Sequence record: SRR31156797_5862
Length of the DNA: 49,108 nt
Reading direction: 5' to 3' (one strand)
The notes under the pieces are model-generated. The model was not told where the DNA came from. It was given only the letters and a program-made list of their open reading frames with translations, and made no database searches. How positions within the stretch are numbered: position 1 is the first letter of the stretch; each line of letters opens with the position of its first letter. The translations under genes and the position numbers were made by a program. Shown here piece after piece: positions 1 through 9,354 of the stretch.

Positions 1-198
1 AATAATCTCTATATTGGTGACAGCAAAGGTAAAGATAATGAAAAAATAAAGAGCGATATTATTGAATACTTCCTATTTGCTGATTACATGTATGCTTTGG
101 AAGACGATGGGGATTTATACGGTATGACATATGATGGCAGCTTGGAAAAATTGAATAAGGACATTGTAAGCTGCAGCATTATTAAATCTGACAATTAG
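1..198 (+). CDS. 3' end of a hypothetical protein (runs off the window start)
   Basis: Frame 1 is open from base 1 (NNLYIGDSKGKDNEKIKSDIIEYFLFADYMYALEDDGDLYGMTYDGSLEKL...) to TAG at 196-198. Confidence 0.6.
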   Translation, partial: NNLYIGDSKGKDNEKIKSDIIEYFLFADYMYALEDDGDLYGMTYDGSLEKLNKDIVSCSIIKSDN

Positions 199-217
199 GA
201 ATAATGGATGGTATTTA

Positions 218-1102
218 ATGTACAAATTATATAACATGGTAAAAATATTTATAACTATGATTTCTTTATTAATCCTGTGTGCCTGTTCGAGTAAAAGCCA
301 AATCAGTATCGATGAAGCAGCGGTAGATAAGACAAAAGAAGCTGAAAGCTCAGAAGAATCCACTGATAACGAAAATGATGGAAGTCACATCTTTGCTGAT
401 TTTTCAGTAAATAGTGATGTGCCTCAAGATATTGAATCATCTGATGCCGATGCTATTGTATCTATTCCTGAAAGTGTAACAACTAACCAGTATTTACCGA
501 TGGGTGATTTACCTGCAGAATGGTATATGCTTTACAATAGCTGGATTGGACCACAGTGGATAGAGGAATATACATCTGATGGGAGAATATTAATAGATGG
601 TGAAGAATATGGCACATGGGAATATGATGATGGAAAACTTTTGTGCCATAGTGATGTGTATGATACAAATACTGTACACTTTGTTATTTATGATGATGAT
701 GGGCATATGAGCTTTTGCGATGAACAAGGTAATATAAGTGCAAAATACTTAAGAGTAGATGCGTTTCCGGCTGATGATGATGCGTATTATAACTATTTTG
801 GCGTGTGGAAAGATGAATACGGTTACACTCAGTTAGAGCTATATGAAGCTGGTGCAGATCATTTTGAAAGAGTATGGACAGAGTGGAAAATAACGGCTCC
901 TGATTTTGCTACAGATGTACGTTTGTTGGAAGATGGAGAAAAGGTGCCAACTGAGATTGGTTATATTCTGCTATCAGATGACCAATTTATAAATATCATT
1001 GCATATGAGCAGCAGGAAGATGGCATATTGATATATCCGCTTAGTGCTACTATGCTAGATGATAGAAGTGAATACTATACTTTTTTGATGAAGGTTCCGT
1101 GA
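218..1102 (+). CDS. Hypothetical acidic lipoprotein
   Basis: 294-aa ORF; hydrophobic signal with lipobox-like LLILCAC; low-complexity acidic linker; the true start may be ATG 236. Confidence 0.7.
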   Translation: MYKLYNMVKIFITMISLLILCACSSKSQISIDEAAVDKTKEAESSEESTDNENDGSHIFADFSVNSDVPQDIESSDADAIVSIPESVTTNQYLPMGDLPAEWYMLYNSWIGPQWIEEYTSDGRILIDGEEYGTWEYDDGKLLCHSDVYDTNTVHFVIYDDDGHMSFCDEQGNISAKYLRVDAFPADDDAYYNYFGVWKDEYGYTQLELYEAGADHFERVWTEWKITAPDFATDVRLLEDGEKVPTEIGYILLSDDQFINIIAYEQQEDGILIYPLSATMLDDRSEYYTFLMKVP

Positions 1103-1129
1103 GTGTGGAATGAATATAATTGCTAAAAC

Positions 1130-1163
1130 ATCACAGCTATATTTAATTAGCTGTGATATTTAT
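1130..1163 (+). terminator. Probable intrinsic terminator
   Basis: ATCACAGCTA-8nt-TAGCTGTGAT inverted repeat followed by a T-rich tract, just after the lipoprotein stop. Confidence 0.6.
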
Positions 1164-1223
1164 TATAAGGTAAATTTGTGATATTATTCTGATACTAAAA
1201 ATTACATATCACAAATAATACCG

Positions 1224-1355
1224 ATGAATGAAGTAACAAACGATACGGCGTATGTATTAGGCAGAGTTTTTACGATACTGGAAATGATTCAGAAAAAAGC
1301 CTTGGGAGATGGAATTAATGCTATGATATTCCTTCCGGTGGAAACAACGAGATAG
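1224..1355 (+). pseudogene. Fragment resembling the Cas11c-equivalent C-terminal domain of type I-C Cas8c (Csd1)
   Basis: Manual translation MNEVTNDTAYVLGRVFTILEMIQKKALGDGINAMI... matches the Cas8c/Cas11c motif Y(L/V)LGRLFAxLExIQ...G(I/L)NATI; similarity ends near 1328. Confidence 0.6.
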
Positions 1356-1873
1356 GGGCATTAGGATTCCTTGGAGGATTTTCGGGAATCGCAGAACAAA
1401 TGGAGAACATGGGTAAAGCACCAGATTATATTTGCCACGCTACAGGAACAGGAGGAACACTAGCAGGGCGGCTTGCTATAGGACGAAAACTATTAGGATA
1501 CGATGAAACAAAGATTATTTCTTATGCTGCTGCTATGCATGAGGAATATGAGCTAGGCATAACTGCAATAGCTAACAAAGCTATAGAACTTATGGGCTTA
1601 GATTGCAAAATAAATGTTTACCGTAATTATGTGGTCCTGGATATGAAATACCAAGCGAATTGGGAAATGAGGCTATTAGATATCTTGCCAGAAATGAAGG
1701 CATTTTAACTGATACTGTTTACTCGACAAAGGGTTTTGTAGGGATGATAGATAATATAAAAAGCGGTAAAATTCCTAAGGATAGTAATGTTGTATTTATA
1801 CATACAGGCGGAGCTACAGCGTTATTTGCTTAAAAAAGAAATATTAGGTGATGTCAGCGATACAGATAAATAA
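1319..1873 (+). pseudogene. 5'-truncated, frameshifted D-cysteine desulfhydrase / ACC deaminase family PLP enzyme
   Basis: CYDIPSGGNNEIGALGF...ATGTGGTLAG in the frame of ORF 1400; after a frameshift near 1630, GPGYEIPS...AIRYLARNEGILTDTVYSTKG...VVFIHTGG; premature TAA at 1831; N-terminal half including the PLP lysine is absent. Confidence 0.85.
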
Positions 1874-1957
1874 ATACTTTTGATTTATTATATTTACTTT
1901 GATATATTGTATATTAATGGTGCAGCATTTTATTAAGTTGACATATGGAGGAATGCA

Positions 1958-3118
1958 ATGATGGAAAGGAACTTAGATAAACTAGTTGATAGGATTAATA
2001 CTAATTCTATTAAATGGGAATACATCAACGAAGGAAAGAACAATGATTTGTTACCATTGTGGGTAGCAGATATGGATTTTTTATGTGCAGAACCAATTAT
2101 TAAAGCGATGCACGAGAGAGTAGAACATAAGATTTTTGGGTATAGCCTTCCTTTTGAGAACTATTATTCAGCAGTAAGTGATTGGATAAAAAGAAGATTT
2201 GATTGGGATGTTAAAAATGAAGAAATAGTTATAAGTCCTGGTGTGGTACCTGCCTTGGGTATGCTTGTCAGAGCTTTTACTGAGGAAGGTGATGGAATTA
2301 TTATTCAGCGACCCGTTTATTATCCTTTTACATATATGATAGTTAACAATAATAGAAAACTTCTTAACAATGTATTAATCAATAATGACGGGTATTATAC
2401 TATAGATTTTGATGATTTAGCTAATAAAGTAAAGAAAGCTAAAATGATGATTCTATGCAGCCCGCATAATCCAGTCGGAAGGGTTTGGACAAAAGAGGAA
2501 TTAACAAAAGTAGCGAATATATGCATTGAAAATGATGTAATCCTTGTTTCAGATGAAATTCACTGGGACTTAATCAGAAAAGAGGCAGTTCATACTCCTG
2601 TAAGCAAGATTATAGATGATGATAGGATTATTACATGTACTGCTGCTAGCAAGACGTTCAATCTGGCAGGACTTCAGATATCAAGTATCATAATAAAAAA
2701 TGAAGAGATGAGAAAAAAATGGTATAGTGAATTATTAGACAAGTCTGGATTATATGGCTCAAACCCTATCAGTATTAGTGCAACAAAGGCAGCATATTCT
2801 CAATGCGAGGGATGGCTGGAGGATGTCAAAGAGTATATTGATGATAATTTCAGATTCCTAAATGGTTATGTTAAAGAGAACTTTCCTAAAGCAAAATTTA
2901 TTGTTCCGGAAGGTACTTATTTTGCTTGGATTGATTTCAGAGCATACGGTCATACCCATAAAGAATTGGAAGACATTATGATAAATGAGGCAAAAGTAGC
3001 TTTGGATGAAGGCTATATTTTTGGAGTAGAGGGTGAAGGCTTCGAAAGGGTCAATGTTGCATGTCCAAGAAGTATTTTGGAAGATTGTCTTAATAGGATG
3101 AAAAAAATCATAAAGTAA
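1958..3118 (+). CDS. patB: MalY/PatB family PLP-dependent C-S lyase (cystathionine beta-lyase-like)
   Basis: SIKW, LPLWVADMDF, LCSPHNPVGRVW, SDEIH, ASKTFNLAGL, RVNVACPR motifs; GGAGG RBS. Confidence 0.9.
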   Translation: MMERNLDKLVDRINTNSIKWEYINEGKNNDLLPLWVADMDFLCAEPIIKAMHERVEHKIFGYSLPFENYYSAVSDWIKRRFDWDVKNEEIVISPGVVPALGMLVRAFTEEGDGIIIQRPVYYPFTYMIVNNNRKLLNNVLINNDGYYTIDFDDLANKVKKAKMMILCSPHNPVGRVWTKEELTKVANICIENDVILVSDEIHWDLIRKEAVHTPVSKIIDDDRIITCTAASKTFNLAGLQISSIIIKNEEMRKKWYSELLDKSGLYGSNPISISATKAAYSQCEGWLEDVKEYIDDNFRFLNGYVKENFPKAKFIVPEGTYFAWIDFRAYGHTHKELEDIMINEAKVALDEGYIFGVEGEGFERVNVACPRSILEDCLNRMKKIIK

Positions 3119-3485
3119 TAATTGAAACCCAAAATGCACCTGGAGCAATAGGTCCATATTCTCAAGGGGTCATTGTCAATAATATGGTATATACATCAGG
3201 GCAGCTGTCTATTAATAAAGATACAGGCGAGATGCCTGACAATATAAAAGAACAAACTGAGCAGTCATTAAAGAATGTAAAGGTAATTCTTGAAGAGGCA
3301 GGAACAAAGCTTGAAAACGTAATAAAAACTATGGTTTCTCAAATGATATGAACGATTTTTCTGATATGAATGAGGTATACAAGCAATTTTTTACTGATAG
3401 TTTTCTTAGCAGAAGTGCAGTAGAAGTGAGCAGATTGCCTATAGACGCATTAGTGGAAATAGAAGTTATTGCAACTATTGACTAA
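3112..3485 (+). pseudogene. ridA: RidA (YjgF/Rid) family enamine deaminase, frameshifted and lacking a start codon
   Basis: KVIIETQNAPGAIGPYSQG...YTSGQL...EQTEQSLKN..., frameshift near 3338, then [17 protein letters not shown]...[10 protein letters not shown]...LVEIEVIA to TAA 3483-3485. Confidence 0.85.
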
Positions 3486-3502
3486 ATTCATTTTCTAATT
3501 TT

Positions 3503-3530
3503 AATGGCAGGGAACTTCCCCTGCCATTTT
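3503..3530 (+). terminator. Intrinsic terminator
   Basis: AATGGCAGGG-6nt-CCCTGCCATT followed by T residues. Confidence 0.8.
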
Positions 3531-3964
3531 ATGTTATTTCTAGGAAACCATTAGTCATCCTGATAGTTAGTGATTATTAGGTTTAGCAAATCACAATGAA
3601 TGTTTGTATTAATTTTCTCAATTAGAAGCTAATAAAAAAGGCTGAAATAAGAAACTTTACAAATTATATGGTAATACAAATTCATTTAAAGCTATTTAAT
3701 ATATGAAATCAAACACAAACTCTAAGAATAGGTTAGAAGATTTCTTTAGTTTATTCTGCTGTAGTAAAAAATAAAAAATTCTACGGTGTTCAATGTGTTT
3801 CTATACAGTTTGAATTTGATATCTTTGAGTTTCTATCGCCTTTTAGCTTTACAAATTTTTATTGTGTGAATAAGCTCTGCTTATAAAATATTATTATTGA
3901 TGTGCTTTTTTACCAAAATTTCTTCAATTAAAATGTAAATAAAACAAAAGTTTGTATATAGTAA

Positions 3965-3993
3965 TTGACAAAAAGTAATAAACACTGTATTTT
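3965..3993 (+). promoter_or_regulatory. Putative sigma-A promoter
   Basis: TTGACA-17nt-TATTTT. Confidence 0.5.
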
Positions 3994-4303
3994 ATTAAAT
4001 ATACATTTGTATTACAACGGCGTAAGTTAATAGGAGAATTTGCGTCGTTCTGTATTTTTTACTCCATTTTGTATATAAATTTTCTTATAAAAAGTCGGGA
4101 TATAATGTAGCTTAAAGAGTATACAAAAATATTTTCATATATTAGTTTTATTTTCTACATAAATATAGCCTTGTTGTTGATGTATCTGTTATAGACGCAT
4201 GCGTGCGAATGCTTATCGACAATACTAGTGAAAAACTGTAAACATATAAATGATAAAAAATTTGCACAAGCAAAATTTTATAATAAATATTGGAGGATAT
4301 TAA

Positions 4304-5545
4304 ATGAAAAAACTAGTAATTCTATTACTTGTACTTGTACTTGTATTTATGTCAGCTTGTAGTTCAAGTACAACTGAAGAAACACAGGAACCTGCAGGAG
4401 ATGACGGTGTAAAGATTGGTGTAATATTGGTTCACGATGAAAACACTGGTTATGATTATGCTCATATCCAAGGCATTGAAGCAGCAATTGCAGCATCTGG
4501 TTTATCTGAAGACCAGATTATTTGGAAATATAACATTTCTGAAGATGAAAACTGCTATGACACTGCTACTGACTTAGTAGAACAAGGATGTACTTATATT
4601 TTCTCAGACAGTTATGGTCACCAAAGCTATATGCAGCAGGCTGCAAGCGAAAATGAAGATGTAACATTCGTATCAATGACTGGTGATACAGCGGCATTGT
4701 CAGAGTTAACAAATTTCAAAAACGCTTTTAACTTTACATATGAATCTCGCTATGTATCAGGTGTTGTTGCTGGTATGAAGTTGGCTGAGTTAGTTGAATC
4801 AGGTGCAGTTGCAGACGAAAATATGGATGAAAACGGAAATGTTAAGATTGGTTATATCGGAGCTTATCCATATGCTGAAGTTGTTTCTGGTTATACTGGT
4901 TTCTATTTAGGTGTTCAGTCTATAGTTGAAAATGTTGTTATGGATGTAACATATACTAATTCATGGTATGATCCTACTGCTGAAGCAGAGGCTGCTAATG
5001 CTCTAGTATCATCAGGCTGTATTATAATCAGTCAGCATGCTGACTCAACAGGTGCACCTTCTGCTTGTGAAGCACTTCTAGAAGGCGGCACAACAGTTTA
5101 CTGCGTAGGTTACAACATTGATATGCTTTCTGTAGCACCTACATCAGCACTTACAAGTGCACAAAATGACTGGGGCGTATACTACACATATGCATTCAAC
5201 TGTATCGCAAGCGGTGAAGAAATCGTAACAGACTGGGCAAAAGGTTATTCTGACGGTGCAGTTATGATATCTGCTCTAGGCGAAAGCTGTGCTGAAGGTA
5301 CTGCAGAGAAGGTTGCAGAAGTTGAAGCTGCTCTTAAAGATGGCAGTTTGAACGTATTCGATACTTCAAAGTATACTGTAAGCGGTGAAGTAGTAACAAC
5401 TTATTTGGCTATTGACACAGACGGAGACTGGGTTGGAGATACTGGTGAAGCTATTTCTGACGGTGTATTCAATGAATCAACATTACGCAGTGCACCATAC
5501 TTTGGTCTGCGTATAGATGGCATCACAGAATTAAACGCTCAATAA
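4304..5545 (+). CDS. BMP family ABC substrate-binding lipoprotein (likely purine nucleoside)
   Basis: Lipobox FMSAC; ESRYVSGVVAG, WYDPTAE, ISQHADS motifs; heads an ATPase plus two permeases. Confidence 0.9.
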   Translation: MKKLVILLLVLVLVFMSACSSSTTEETQEPAGDDGVKIGVILVHDENTGYDYAHIQGIEAAIAASGLSEDQIIWKYNISEDENCYDTATDLVEQGCTYIFSDSYGHQSYMQQAASENEDVTFVSMTGDTAALSELTNFKNAFNFTYESRYVSGVVAGMKLAELVESGAVADENMDENGNVKIGYIGAYPYAEVVSGYTGFYLGVQSIVENVVMDVTYTNSWYDPTAEAEAANALVSSGCIIISQHADSTGAPSACEALLEGGTTVYCVGYNIDMLSVAPTSALTSAQNDWGVYYTYAFNCIASGEEIVTDWAKGYSDGAVMISALGESCAEGTAEKVAEVEAALKDGSLNVFDTSKYTVSGEVVTTYLAIDTDGDWVGDTGEAISDGVFNESTLRSAPYFGLRIDGITELNAQ

Positions 5546-5559
5546 TTAAGCAATTAACT

Positions 5560-5592
5560 AGAAAGAGCCGCCTAAAATAGGTGGCCCTTTCT
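5560..5592 (+). terminator. Intercistronic stem-loop (partial terminator or mRNA stabiliser)
   Basis: AGAAAGAGCCGCCTA / TAGGTGGCCCTTTCT inverted repeat between binding-protein and ATPase genes. Confidence 0.6.
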
Positions 5593-5616
5593 GTGATTTA
5601 AAAGGGGGAATCTGCT

Positions 5617-7167
5617 ATGCAAAGTTCCAAAAAGGCAGTTTGCATGAGGGATATTACAAAGACTTTTGGCTCAGTTATAGCAAATGACAGCATATCTCTG
5701 GATATCTATAAAGGAGAAATCCTTGCTTTGCTGGGGGAAAACGGCAGCGGAAAGACAACGCTTATGAACATGCTTTCCGGTATTTATTATCCTGATTCAG
5801 GGCATATATTAGTAGACGGTAAGGAAGTTTCTATCCGAAGTCCTAAGGACGCATACGACCTTGGTATTGGTATGATTCATCAGCACTTTAAGCTGGTAGA
5901 TGTGCTTACTGTTGCAGAGAATATTATTCTGGGTATGCAGGGAAAAGGCAAACTGGATATGAAAGCTGTTGATGAGAAGATACAGAATATCTGCTCTTTG
6001 TATGGCTTTGATGTAGACCCTAAACGAAAAATCTATGATTTGTCAGTTTCTCAGAAGCAAACAGTAGAGATTGTAAAGGTGCTTTACAGGAGCGCTGATA
6101 TATTAATTCTAGATGAACCTACTGCTGTACTTACACCACAGGAAACGGAAAAACTCTTTAACGTTTTACGTAATATGCGTAATGATGGCAAGGCTATTAT
6201 CATCATTACGCATAAGCTGCATGAAGTTGAGGAGATATCAGACCGTGTGGAAGTGCTACGCAAGGGCAAATATGTCGGAAGTATGCAGACAAAAGATACA
6301 AATGCTGCTGAAATGACTAATATGATGGTGGGGCGTTCAGTTTCTCTTAATATTGATAGACCTGAACCTAAAGATATTAAAACTCGAATCAAGGTTAAGA
6401 ATCTGACAGTAAAGGATAAAGATGGTATAACTAAGCTTTCTGATGTTTCATTTGAAGCGTATTCAGGTGAAGTGTTAGGCATTGCTGGTATTTCTGGCTG
6501 TGGACAGAAAGAGCTGCTGGAGTCAATTGCTGGATTGCAGCATTTTGAATCAGGTAGTATCATCTATATCGACCCTAAAACAGGCGAAGAAACACAGCTG
6601 GCAAACAAAGACCCAAGGGAGATATCCTCTATGGGAGTTATGCTCTCATTTGTACCTGAAGATAGGCTGGGAATGGGACTTGTCGGCAGTATGGATTTGA
6701 CAAATAATATGATGCTTCGCTCCTTTCGCAAAGGGAAATCAGTATTTACTGACAGGAAAACCCCTCGTAATTTGGCTCAGCATGTCGTAGATGAATTAGA
6801 AGTGGTTACTCCAGGCCTTTCTACACCAGTTCGCAGACTATCCGGTGGTAATGTGCAAAAGGTTTTGGTAGGGCGAGAGATATCCTCTTCACCTACTGTG
6901 CTAATGACAGCGTACGCTGTGCGGGGGCTTGATATTAATTCATCCTATACAATTTATGATTTAATCAACCAGCAAAAGCAAATGGGTATTGCTGTTATTT
7001 TTGTAGGAGAGGATTTAGATGTTCTGCTGGAATTATGCGACAGGATTTTGGTACTGTGCAGCGGAAAGGTCAGCGGAATTGTTCCTGGCAAAGGTGCTGA
7101 TAAGAATCATGTAGGTATGATGATGACAAAACTTGGAGAGGAGACAGAAAATGAATCAATCTCATAA
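5617..7167 (+). CDS. CUT2/nucleoside-type ABC transporter ATP-binding protein (two ABC domains)
   Basis: Walker A GENGSGKT, ILDEPTAVLT, PEDR, LSGGNVQK. Confidence 0.92.
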   Translation: MQSSKKAVCMRDITKTFGSVIANDSISLDIYKGEILALLGENGSGKTTLMNMLSGIYYPDSGHILVDGKEVSIRSPKDAYDLGIGMIHQHFKLVDVLTVAENIILGMQGKGKLDMKAVDEKIQNICSLYGFDVDPKRKIYDLSVSQKQTVEIVKVLYRSADILILDEPTAVLTPQETEKLFNVLRNMRNDGKAIIIITHKLHEVEEISDRVEVLRKGKYVGSMQTKDTNAAEMTNMMVGRSVSLNIDRPEPKDIKTRIKVKNLTVKDKDGITKLSDVSFEAYSGEVLGIAGISGCGQKELLESIAGLQHFESGSIIYIDPKTGEETQLANKDPREISSMGVMLSFVPEDRLGMGLVGSMDLTNNMMLRSFRKGKSVFTDRKTPRNLAQHVVDELEVVTPGLSTPVRRLSGGNVQKVLVGREISSSPTVLMTAYAVRGLDINSSYTIYDLINQQKQMGIAVIFVGEDLDVLLELCDRILVLCSGKVSGIVPGKGADKNHVGMMMTKLGEETENESIS

Positions 7168-8248
7168 GGCGCCGTTTGTACGCATAGCTAAGCGTGATTC
7201 CATATCTATGTGGCATGGCTGGCTGATTCGCCTTGCTGGTTTATTCCTTGCATTGTCAGTTAGTGCAATAGTTATATATGCCATAGTACATCTGAATCCA
7301 ATGAAGGTTTATGCTGCAATGTTTGATGGTAATTTTGGTACTAAGAAACGTATATGGGTAAGCCTTCGTGATATGATGATGCTTTTGTGTATTGGTATTG
7401 GCTTAGCACCTGCTTTCAAAATGCGCTTTTGGAATATCGGTGCTGAGGGACAGATATTAGCTGGAGCTATATCAACTGCAGCAGTTATGATTTATTTTGG
7501 CAAGGCAATGCCGACTTGGCTGCTTCTGATAGTATCTCTGGCAGCGAGCTGTATCGGCGGAGCAATCTGGGGAGGTCTGCCTGCATTGTTCAAAGCACGC
7601 TATGGAACTAATGAAACTCTCTTTACACTAATGATGAACTATGTTGCTATTCAGCTGACCTCATACTTTGTTGCTGTGTGGGAAAACCCGTTTGGCTCAA
7701 ATACTGTTGGTATTATCAATCAGCAGACTAAGGCTGGATGGTTCCCCACAATACTTGGGCAAAAGTATTTACTGAATGTAATTATTGTTTTGGCTCTTAC
7801 AATTATAGTATATATATATCTGCGGTACTCAAAGCAAGGATATGAGATTGCAGTAGTTGGTGAGTCGGAAAGAACAGCACGATATATTGGAATAAATGTT
7901 AAAAAAACTGTAGTTCGTACGATGATGATATCTGGAGCTATATGTGGATTAGCTGGATATATAGCGGTTGCTGGTGCATCTCATACGATTTCAACAAACA
8001 CAGCAGGAGGCAGAGGCTTTACGGCTATTATCGTTGCATGGCTTGCTAAGTTTAATACTTTTATGATGATACTTATTGCTGCACTGCTGGTGTTCTTGGA
8101 AAAGGGTGCTATACAAATTGCTTCACAATACAATCTGAATGATTTCGTTTCTCAGATGATAACCGGCATTATTTTGTTTTTCATACTTGGCAGTGAGTTC
8201 TTTACTAAATACAGGCTGATTTTCCGCCATGGAAAGGAAGTGAACTGA
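7151..8248 (+). CDS. Nucleoside-type ABC transporter permease
   Basis: WNIGAEGQ, TLMMNY, GFTAIIVAWL; multiple TM segments; ATG 7151 after GGAG. Confidence 0.9.
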   Translation: MNQSHKAPFVRIAKRDSISMWHGWLIRLAGLFLALSVSAIVIYAIVHLNPMKVYAAMFDGNFGTKKRIWVSLRDMMMLLCIGIGLAPAFKMRFWNIGAEGQILAGAISTAAVMIYFGKAMPTWLLLIVSLAASCIGGAIWGGLPALFKARYGTNETLFTLMMNYVAIQLTSYFVAVWENPFGSNTVGIINQQTKAGWFPTILGQKYLLNVIIVLALTIIVYIYLRYSKQGYEIAVVGESERTARYIGINVKKTVVRTMMISGAICGLAGYIAVAGASHTISTNTAGGRGFTAIIVAWLAKFNTFMMILIAALLVFLEKGAIQIASQYNLNDFVSQMITGIILFFILGSEFFTKYRLIFRHGKEVN

Positions 8249-8249
8249 T

Positions 8250-9221
8250 ATGACTCAAATTTTGTCTTTATTACAGGCTGCTCTGGTTTTCGGTACTGTT
8301 ATACTCTTTGGTGCAACTGGTGAGATTTTAACAGAGAAATCAGGTAACTTGAACCTCGGTGTGCCGGGTATTATGTACCTTGGCGGTATTGCAGGGTTAG
8401 CTGGTGCTTTTTGGTATGAGACTAATATTACTGAACCTATAGCTTTGGTTGGTTTGCTTATAGCTTTGGTGTGTTCATTGGTAGCTTCCATTCTGGCTGG
8501 TTTTATTTATAGTTTTTTAACTATCACACTGCGTGCCAATCAGAATGTTACTGGACTGACGCTAACTATTTTTGGTGCTGGTGCTGCAAATTTCTTTGGA
8601 GGAGCAATGAATAAAATGGCTGGAGGTGTTGGTCAGATATCTGTTGCAGTGACAAGTGGTGCATATCGATGGACTTTACCGATACTTTCGAATGTTGCTG
8701 TATTTTCTGCATTTGGATTCATGGTCTATCTAGCTGTAATTCTGGCAATTGCTACAACTTGGTTTTTGGCAAAAACACGAAAAGGTCTGACTCTGCGAGC
8801 TGTTGGAGAAAACCCAGCAACTGCAGATGCTGCAGGCATTAGCGTTACAAAATATAAATATCTATCAACCTGCATTGGTGCAGCCATAACTGGTTTGGGC
8901 GGACTGTACTATGTAATGGACTATATCAAAGGAACATGGGCAAATGACGGCGGTATTGAAAAGCTGGGCTGGCTGGCTGTTGCACTGGTAATTTTTTCTC
9001 GCTGGAATCCAAAACATGCAATATGGGGATCATATCTTTTCGGTATTCTTTTTTGGTTATATTTCTATATTCCGGGACTTACTCGTTCTTCACAGGAACT
9101 ATTCAAAATGCTGCCTTATATCGTAACTATTATTGTGCTGATTGCTGTTTCAATGCATAGAAAGCGTGAGAATCAGCCACCAGCAAGTCTTGGTTTGCCT
9201 TACTTCCGTGAGGAGAGATAG
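8250..9221 (+). CDS. Nucleoside-type ABC transporter permease
   Basis: EKSGNLNLG, LRAVGENPATADAAGI, GWLAVALVIF, MLPYIVT. Confidence 0.9.
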   Translation: MTQILSLLQAALVFGTVILFGATGEILTEKSGNLNLGVPGIMYLGGIAGLAGAFWYETNITEPIALVGLLIALVCSLVASILAGFIYSFLTITLRANQNVTGLTLTIFGAGAANFFGGAMNKMAGGVGQISVAVTSGAYRWTLPILSNVAVFSAFGFMVYLAVILAIATTWFLAKTRKGLTLRAVGENPATADAAGISVTKYKYLSTCIGAAITGLGGLYYVMDYIKGTWANDGGIEKLGWLAVALVIFSRWNPKHAIWGSYLFGILFWLYFYIPGLTRSSQELFKMLPYIVTIIVLIAVSMHRKRENQPPASLGLPYFREER

Positions 9222-9252
9222 CAGATATTTTATAATCTAGCTGTAAAATAAT

Positions 9253-9291
9253 AACCCGAATTCTTCACTCTATTGATAAAGAATTCGGGTT
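9253..9291. terminator. Bidirectional terminator between convergent ABC operon and xpt
   Basis: AACCCGAATTCTT...AAGAATTCGGGTT perfect 13-bp inverted repeat. Confidence 0.75.
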
Positions 9292-9354
9292 TGTTTGTAT
9301 GATGGAGTTCGTATATTATGAAGAACTTTCATCAATTAAAAATGATAGAGATAA

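Noticed and set aside
1103-1400. CRISPR repeats near the Cas8c-like fragment
   Set aside because: No type I-C-like repeat (GTCGC...GTGGATTGAAA) or repeat-spacer periodicity seen by eye here or elsewhere in the window
6084-6700. Antisense and alternate-frame ORFs inside the ABC ATPase, and similar shadow ORFs throughout (e.g. 21727-22005, 23453-23809, 27719-28039, 30458-30961, 39878-40282)
   Set aside because: They overlap well-supported genes and show no RBS or family motifs
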